The translations under genes were made by a program, and so were the position numbers. The notes under the pieces are model-generated. The model saw only the letters and a program-made list of their open reading frames with translations. It did not search any database and had not been told where the DNA came from. From assembly GCA_946965045.2 (NCBI GenBank), contig OX337234.1:682001-746000 (forward strand): a DNA stretch of 64,000 nt. The letters are read 5' to 3'. Shown here one piece after another: positions 58,301-64,000 of this stretch; the stretch's first letter is position 1, and each line of letters begins with the position of its first letter. This DNA comes from Epithemia pelagica. Taxonomy: Eukaryota; Protista; Bacillariophyta.

Positions 58301-59203
58301 GGTCGAGCAGGATTGATGGCTGCAATTGCCGCTAAAGCGCCTAAGCATGAGAGTGCTGACAACGGAACGGCTGGGTTGATGGCCGCCATTGCCGCCAAGG
58401 CGCCGAAGAATGACAATGTGTCAGATGCTGACAATGGTCGAGCAGGATTAATGGCTGCAATTGCCGCCAAAGCGCCAAAGCAGGAGAGTGCGGACAATGG
58501 TCGAGCTGGATTAATGGCCGCCATTTCCGCCAAGGCGCCGAAGAATGACAGTGTATCAGATGCTGACAATGGTCGAGCAGGATTGATGGCTGCAATTGCC
58601 GCCAAAGCGCCAAAGGAGGAGAGTGCGGACAACGGAAGGGCTGGGTTGATGGCCGCCATTGCCGCCAAGGCGCCGAAGAATGACAGTGTGTCAGATTCTG
58701 ACAATGGTCGAGCAGGATTGATGGCTGCAATTGCCGCCAAAGAGGATGAGTCCAGTGTGGAAAATGGCAGAGCGGGGCTGATGGCTGCAATTGCTGCCAA
58801 AGGGCAAGCCGATGAAAATAGCGGATCTGGATTGATCGCTGACGTTGGACAACGAGTTTCTGGAACGGATAGCCTAGTGGATGCGAATACTTTCAGCACT
58901 GGAGATGTCACGACTGCAGATTGTGGTTCATCAGGAGATTTCGACGGCTTTCGATCCGAGGCGACATCGTCGGAATCTCAGGGGAAAACGGCAGTGAGTG
59001 TCGTGGATGATGAGGTGGACACCGGTGTTTGGGAACGTGATACTGGGGGACGTTTGCGTCGGGTACAAGAGGGCGAGGATGAATCAGCACAAGAGGACTC
59101 TGCTTCGATAACGGCACAGGGCGACGAAGGGCCAGTAGTAGGGGATCGTTCAGGATTACTGGCTGCTATCGAATCGCTACAATCCCGCTTCACACCAGAA
59201 TAG
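43368..59203 (+). CDS. Giant formin (about 5227 aa): acidic repeat N-terminus, PTEN-like/C2 module, WH2-helix-like motifs, 7 CCDC53-like repeats, FH2, about 50 C-terminal RAGLMAAIAAK repeats; exons 43368-54211, 54296-54716, 54785-59203
   Basis: FH2 motifs RRKKIYWTPID, VIDGKRSMNGGIIL, LKEYLPTSEE, GFSLEALLKLNE, KKTSVLQYLV. Two GT-AG introns (54212-54295, 54717-54784) join the three large ORFs in frame. Confidence 0.9.
46472..47600 (+). repeat. Coding tandem repeat, 156-nt (52-aa) unit, about 7 copies
   Basis: TAIESTDLDVQQEESKR.EDHSTPPP...SSNLDTQQDESQPTE.ETT recurs with a 156-nt period. Confidence 0.92.
52531..53830 (+). repeat. Seven coding repeats resembling the WASH subunit CCDC53 C-terminal domain
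   Basis: Consensus PPMK.D.RF.KYWKMKSVGLP.GAI.NAM.RDGVDP..LDLDW.KNY. Confidence 0.8.
55570..58810 (+). repeat. Coding tandem array of DNGRAGLMAAIAAK units (alternating 24/21 aa; 135-nt dimer; 810-nt higher-order unit)
   Basis: About 48 copies counted in the translation; tgacactgta landmarks at 56791 and 57601 are exactly 810 nt apart. Confidence 0.95.
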
Positions 59204-59569
59204 CCGCTTTATCCATGTGCTGTGATCTGAACATGCTTACAGCGACAGTTCCAAAAAGGCCCCTACGATCAAAGTCATCTCTTTTGCCATTTGTATATAA
59301 CGAGTGAGATATCGGGGAGAATCACATAAATTGAACGAAGTAGTGTAACATAAAGGATGTAGCAAAAATGTTCCAGTCTAACATAACCAATTACTCGGAG
59401 AAAATCTGTTGTAGCTCCTTTGTTTGTTCAAAGTTACAGCCGCTTGCTTTTCGCTGAAAGGCGCTCAAAAGGTTTCAGAGCAGAAGAAACCCGGGAAGTT
59501 TTTCTCCTATCAACGACGATAATGATTTTGACGATATCCAGAGTCGTCTGCATGAGACTACGTTTGCTC

Positions 59570-60535
59570 TCAAAACAGGTGTTCCGTGATAAAGATGATA
59601 TGAGTAGACACGGATCTGAGACTCCAAAAAGTACTCCTAATATGTTTACTTGGTTCATTTGGACTCGTCTCATTCAACCGCCAACGCAGGCACTCACTGA
59701 TTATGAAACTACTGCTACTTTTCGCTACAAGTAGTAGTAGTTTCAGAATCAGTGAGTGCCTGTGCGTTGACGTCAGGCTTTCCGTGCACAACGAGTCATC
59801 ACCAACAGGTGGATCTATATCAATGGGACGCCCAAGAAAAGTGCCGCTGTTGTCACCGTCCAAAGTTTTTCCCGCCGAGGGAGGAGGAGGAGCAGCTGCA
59901 GAAGCAGCGGTTGAAATTGTTGGAGGGTTGTTGTTTGTGTTCAAGCCAAGCCCGGCAAACTCGGATCGAACTTGCTCAACGACAGTTTGTCGAGTAGAGG
60001 AGGTTGTCTCACCATGATCGATCACGGGAACAGAAGCTGCGTATTCGTCAGCCCGGCGAGTATCCGAAGCCGAAACGGAAAAGTTCCCGGCTGTCTTGTC
60101 AAAAAGAGTTCCAGTGAGATGTTGACAAAATTCGCCCCATGTACTTATGCCAGCGGAATCAGTTTTCTCGGCATCAGAACGACAATACTTAAGGGCAAGG
60201 TCTGCGATTTCGTTGTAGCCGGCATTGGATGGAAATTGTGCACGGCGGTCTCTGAAAAAGTCCACCATCGAGGTGTCGCGTAGAAGTGTGGCGCAGAGAT
60301 CGGAGGGCTGTTGATCGACCATCACGCGCTCGATTTCTTGTGCAATGACATGACGACGTTCATCGTCATTCGCTACTGCCTTCCCAGCAAAAGTCCGTGA
60401 ACGATTGTTCATCTTCACCGTCGTTGCGTTGGAATTGATAGAGTAGACAGTGGCGGAGTCCTCGTCTTCTTTTTGTGCCTCGGCCCGTTTCGCAAGAGCT
60501 TTACTCTCAAAATGTGAAACAGTCGACACACTCAT
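59570..60535 (-). CDS. Hypothetical protein (321-aa ORF; the 3' part may be spliced)
   Basis: ATG-initiated ORF with protein-like composition; no recognisable domain. Confidence 0.5.
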   Translation of the reverse strand: MSVSTVSHFESKALAKRAEAQKEDEDSATVYSINSNATTVKMNNRSRTFAGKAVANDDERRHVIAQEIERVMVDQQPSDLCATLLRDTSMVDFFRDRRAQFPSNAGYNEIADLALKYCRSDAEKTDSAGISTWGEFCQHLTGTLFDKTAGNFSVSASDTRRADEYAASVPVIDHGETTSSTRQTVVEQVRSEFAGLGLNTNNNPPTISTAASAAAPPPPSAGKTLDGDNSGTFLGRPIDIDPPVGDDSLCTESLTSTHRHSLILKLLLLVAKSSSSFIISECLRWRLNETSPNEPSKHIRSTFWSLRSVSTHIIFITEHLF

Positions 60536-60998
60536 GGCTTTTCCTCTTCTTCGTTGCGGTTTTGCCGCTTCCCTTGCTGATGTTGGTTTTGTGCCTCTCT
60601 CTCTTCTGAGGCTTTGGTACAGCCGCTAAAACCTAACACTCACCCCATTCATGTCTGGACAAACACCCTTTGTCCTTTGCGGCCCAGATACGGGGTTTTG
60701 ATTTCATCATTACAATCACTTCCAGTGGTTTGGGCACATAGGCTAATTCGATTATCGAAAATGCTGGGAACATTATCTAGCTAAGGTTACCCGGATACGC
60801 CGAGCCAATTAGAGAACTGCAATCGGCATTGTTGCACTGCTGCTAAGTTAAAGTACGGCTAGCTATAGACCTAGAACTACCTTTCGAAGAACAACACCTA
60901 GACTCTATGAGAGTACACGTCTACCATGACATAGCTGTGCCATCTGTCCTGCAAGCTTGTGCGAACACGTGCGTGGACGGCTGACGAAGCTGTGCCCA

Positions 60999-61607
60999 TG
61001 TATGTGACATGTCCGAGCCTGCGGCACAATGTTCCCTCTCTGAATAACCCTGGTGTTTTGTGATACACATTTACATATGCCCACTACTATCTACGACAGG
61101 CAAAAGCCGGACGAGCTCCACTCGGAAGCAAAGTCCAGGCTATGTCTCACCTAAAACATACACGTCTCCAACTTACAACAAGATTCACCAAAGGATCATG
61201 GATACTTGGTTCAAGCCAATAGTTCCGCCTCTATCCCTCACAGTTTGAGTATATGGAACAGGTTCTATGCACTAAGAGAACAGGTTCCATTAGTCCCTAA
61301 ACGTAGAGCGTCTGTAGCGCCTTACCTAGAAGTCAAAGATGTTTCTTCACCGGGCCCAACGATTCGGGAAAAGTAAACTCTTTATGACTGAAAGGAAGTA
61401 ATGAAAGAGCAATCATGAGAAACAAACACTTTCGATAGAATAAGCTCACTTCTTATAAAAACCTGAAAGTTGTAAGCAACCTTTAGGAAGGAGTCAACCA
61501 TACTAACCTAGTGCAAGGTGAGGGCCCCATCGTGTACCGAGTGAACTGGTTGACTACAGAAGTTCAGAGCACTAACCATCACGTCTTACGTTAGTTTTCT
61601 ACATACA
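60999..61607 (+). repeat. Putative 5' LTR (609 bp) of a Copia element
   Basis: 7-bp inverted termini TGTATGT (60999)...ACATACA (61607), followed by a PBS-like site and gag. The second LTR lies outside the window, so the start is inferred. Confidence 0.65.
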
Positions 61608-61613
61608 TTAAGT

Positions 61614-61626
61614 GGTTATTGAGCCC
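61614..61626 (+). other. Primer-binding-site-like sequence (internal tRNA-iMet half type)
   Basis: ggttattgagccc, 6 nt after the LTR, resembles the Drosophila copia PBS GGTTATGGGCCCA, with one extra T relative to GGTTATGAGCCC. Confidence 0.55.
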
Positions 61627-62092
61627 AAAGAGGCTGACGAACCGTACGCCTCCTCTATCGTATTGCCGACAAGACCGACGGACCGAACCAACCTCTCTTC
61701 AGTGTGAATTATTGCATTCATCAGGAAGGGAACGACAAATCTCCATTGCTACGTGGTTATCGATCCACTAGCATCCAACCAAGCGCGCCGGAAGCCATCA
61801 AGGCTCCAACCAAGGTACCAACACGAGCGACGAGGACTCACCAACTTCCAGTGGTGCAGGAAGCTTCGACCTCGTGTCCATACCAGGTGACGAAGACACC
61901 GTATCCAGTACCGCTGATCTTCCAACACCTGTAGCCAATCCGACGAACGAAGACGCCCTTGTTGACGAACAAGGACAGAGTATTGCTGCTTCGGAATCGC
62001 AGATTGTTGAGTCTCCACCAGGTCCATCTAACAACGACACCCAACATCAGGGTTTGATTGTTGCATCTCAACGACAAAGAAGGAAGACCACC

Positions 62093-64000
62093 ATGAGTGA
62101 CGAGACTCCTACTCCTCCACCCGGTATCGATTACCGCCCCGATCCGCCGAAGATTGGCGGACTGGTCCGAAGCAAGAAGGACGAATGGGTGGCCTGGACT
62201 GGAGGAAAACCCACGTACAAGTGGGATGGGTTAGAGGTAAAGGCGACAGAACCACTGCGAACGATGCAGATACGTACCCTGACAGACAAGAAATACTACG
62301 ATCGTATCTCCGGGCCTGACGAAAAGTACAGCAAGAAGACCGGTGATTTTAGCCGTCTCCAGGATGAAATCAAGCAGCACTTGATTAAACACGGCATGGA
62401 TTCAATCGCATACCTCCCCAATCCTCATGATCCCAAAGACATGTTGTTCATTGTAATCGAGCACCCAAAATATACGATGAGCAAGGTGAAGGAATTGATG
62501 AAGACGCAGATTGTGAGTTATGACAAATACGACAGAAACAACGACGTCAGTGCCCAGGACTACTTACTGGACTGTTTGGAAAAGTCCTTTAGGCACGAAG
62601 TTGAGGACCAGAGTCGGGAAGTGACGTGCTTCCCCGAGCTCTTCATGGTCCTTGTCACCATCGTGACACATGATTCCCCGCAGCACTGGGAACAAGTGAA
62701 GCACGAGATGCGAGCTCTTGTGCCTCACAAGTACCCTGGCCACGATATTATGGCGTTGACTAAAGATTTTTCGGAAAAAGCGCGACCGTTGATCGCAGCT
62801 GGACAGTACGACCACACTCTGACTGGGAACCTCCTAGCTAACATCCTCAAGACTGAATGGCCTGACACGCCTAAGTTCGACCTACTTACTCTGAACAAGC
62901 GTGTCAATGACGGTATTATCCATATTCGGTTTCTAGATCGCTCTATCGGAGACAGTCATATGAAGAAAGAGCGTCTTTTGTACACAGATGTTATCGAAGA
63001 GGCGAACAAGAAGTACCTAATCTGTGTCAAGGAAGGTGAATGGTCACCTAAACGAAGTTCTCCTGATTCTAAATCCGTCCCCTCGTCGTTCACCGCTAAC
63101 AAGGCTACAGTTTCGAAGACTAAGAAGAAACGGCATTCTATTATGACTCAAGCTAGTCTTAATGCACTCATTCAGACACTTCGAAACCCGCCGGGTTCCA
63201 ATCCGACTCCAAGCAATGGACCAAACACCCAGCCTGGCTCCAATCACCGCGACAGGAAGGGAAAGCCGATTCACAAGCGTAACAACACTCGCGTTGATCG
63301 ATCGCAGGCTCACCCTTGGAAGAAGATCCCTCCTGCTCCTGGTGCACCTGAGCAGCAGACGATCCAGGGTCAGCGGTGGTTCTGGTGTGGTGTTTGTACC
63401 CGTTGGAACACCTCTCACACCACGGCAAACCATATTGTTGGGTATAAAAAGTCTCCTGGCGACAAGGACAAAGCAAAACCTCGGAATGCCACCCATGCGA
63501 AGAAACTTGAACTCGAAGTATCCGCTTGGCAGACCGAATTCGATCTCGACCAACTTGATCCTCCTGCCTTGCCCGTCGCTGCTTTACCCGACTGTATGTC
63601 CCTTGCCTCTGTGGATTGTTGCGAAGCTCTGATGAATGATGATGATGATTGTTGCGATTCGGTTGATTGTTGCAAGGACACCGTCGACCACTACGTCTTC
63701 TTCACCATTTGGGACATGTCACCATCCGATGACAGCTCGTCCATGGACTGCAGTTCCGATGATGACACTGACCGGACACCGCCTATTCCGTTTGACGAAT
63801 TGCGCCGCATCCTGTCACCCAACAACAATGAACCAACCGCCACCAATCACAACGATAGCGACCACAAGGATGACGACAATGAACCATGCACTTGCAACAC
63901 AGAAACAAAAGAAAAGAAAACAAGCACAAATAATGAAACAGTCTCGATCTGTCGACCTCACAAGGACGATGACAACTCCACTGAAAGTGAAGACAACGAA
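62093..64000 (+). CDS. Copia (diatom CoDi-like) gag ORF, running off the window end
   Basis: Open from ATG 62093 to the window end when translated by hand; PKIGG...AWTGGKP, HGMDSIAYLP, KYPGHD, zinc knuckle WFWCGVCTRWNTSHTTANH. Confidence 0.85.
   Translation, partial: MSDETPTPPPGIDYRPDPPKIGGLVRSKKDEWVAWTGGKPTYKWDGLEVKATEPLRTMQIRTLTDKKYYDRISGPDEKYSKKTGDFSRLQDEIKQHLIKHGMDSIAYLPNPHDPKDMLFIVIEHPKYTMSKVKELMKTQIVSYDKYDRNNDVSAQDYLLDCLEKSFRHEVEDQSREVTCFPELFMVLVTIVTHDSPQHWEQVKHEMRALVPHKYPGHDIMALTKDFSEKARPLIAAGQYDHTLTGNLLANILKTEWPDTPKFDLLTLNKRVNDGIIHIRFLDRSIGDSHMKKERLLYTDVIEEANKKYLICVKEGEWSPKRSSPDSKSVPSSFTANKATVSKTKKKRHSIMTQASLNALIQTLRNPPGSNPTPSNGPNTQPGSNHRDRKGKPIHKRNNTRVDRSQAHPWKKIPPAPGAPEQQTIQGQRWFWCGVCTRWNTSHTTANHIVGYKKSPGDKDKAKPRNATHAKKLELEVSAWQTEFDLDQLDPPALPVAALPDCMSLASVDCCEALMNDDDDCCDSVDCCKDTVDHYVFFTIWDMSPSDDSSSMDCSSDDDTDRTPPIPFDELRRILSPNNNEPTATNHNDSDHKDDDNEPCTCNTETKEKKTSTNNETVSICRPHKDDDNSTESEDNE

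Larger units (their letters stand above)
60999..64000 (+). mobile_element. Ty1/Copia LTR retrotransposon, 5' portion
   Basis: LTR, PBS and gag are arranged in order. Confidence 0.8.

Noticed and set aside
55920-58750. CRISPR-like appearance of the regular repeats
   Set aside because: The intervening sequences are themselves repeated, the array is in-frame coding, the context is eukaryotic and no cas genes are present.
55609-58911. 1100-aa minus-strand repetitive ORF
   Set aside because: Antisense shadow: a stop-free repeat unit propagated through the array.
63044-63681. Short ORFs listed near the window end
   Set aside because: Alternative-frame shadows of the Copia gag ORF, which the track omits because it has no stop in the window.

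Overview
Eukaryotic genomic DNA, most likely from a diatom (inference: bipartite plastid-targeting peptide, diatom-type Copia gag, short GT-AG introns). The window is rich in transposons. It holds an intact PiggyBac-like transposase (2174-4360), MITE-like and inverted-repeat pieces (4.8-7.4 kb), a decayed Ty3/Gypsy LTR element with nearly identical LTRs (7596-13402), a complete Ngaro-type tyrosine-recombinase retrotransposon (33166-41137) whose empty site survives in an adjacent tandem duplicate, and the 5' end of a Copia element (60999 to window end). Host genes are a STAND/AAA ATPase broken by three in-frame stops, a SlyD/FKBP-MsrA fusion, two calflagin-like EF-hand paralogs, a DRP5-like dynamin with one frameshift, a PAO-like Rieske oxygenase, a multipass membrane protein and a giant formin of about 5,200 aa. 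The formin is the most unusual feature. It has a PTEN-C2 module, no recognisable polyproline FH1, seven CCDC53-like repeats before FH2, and about 50 tandem WH2-helix-like motifs after FH2. No rRNA, tRNA or CRISPR array was recognised. All calls were made by eye; no database search was run.
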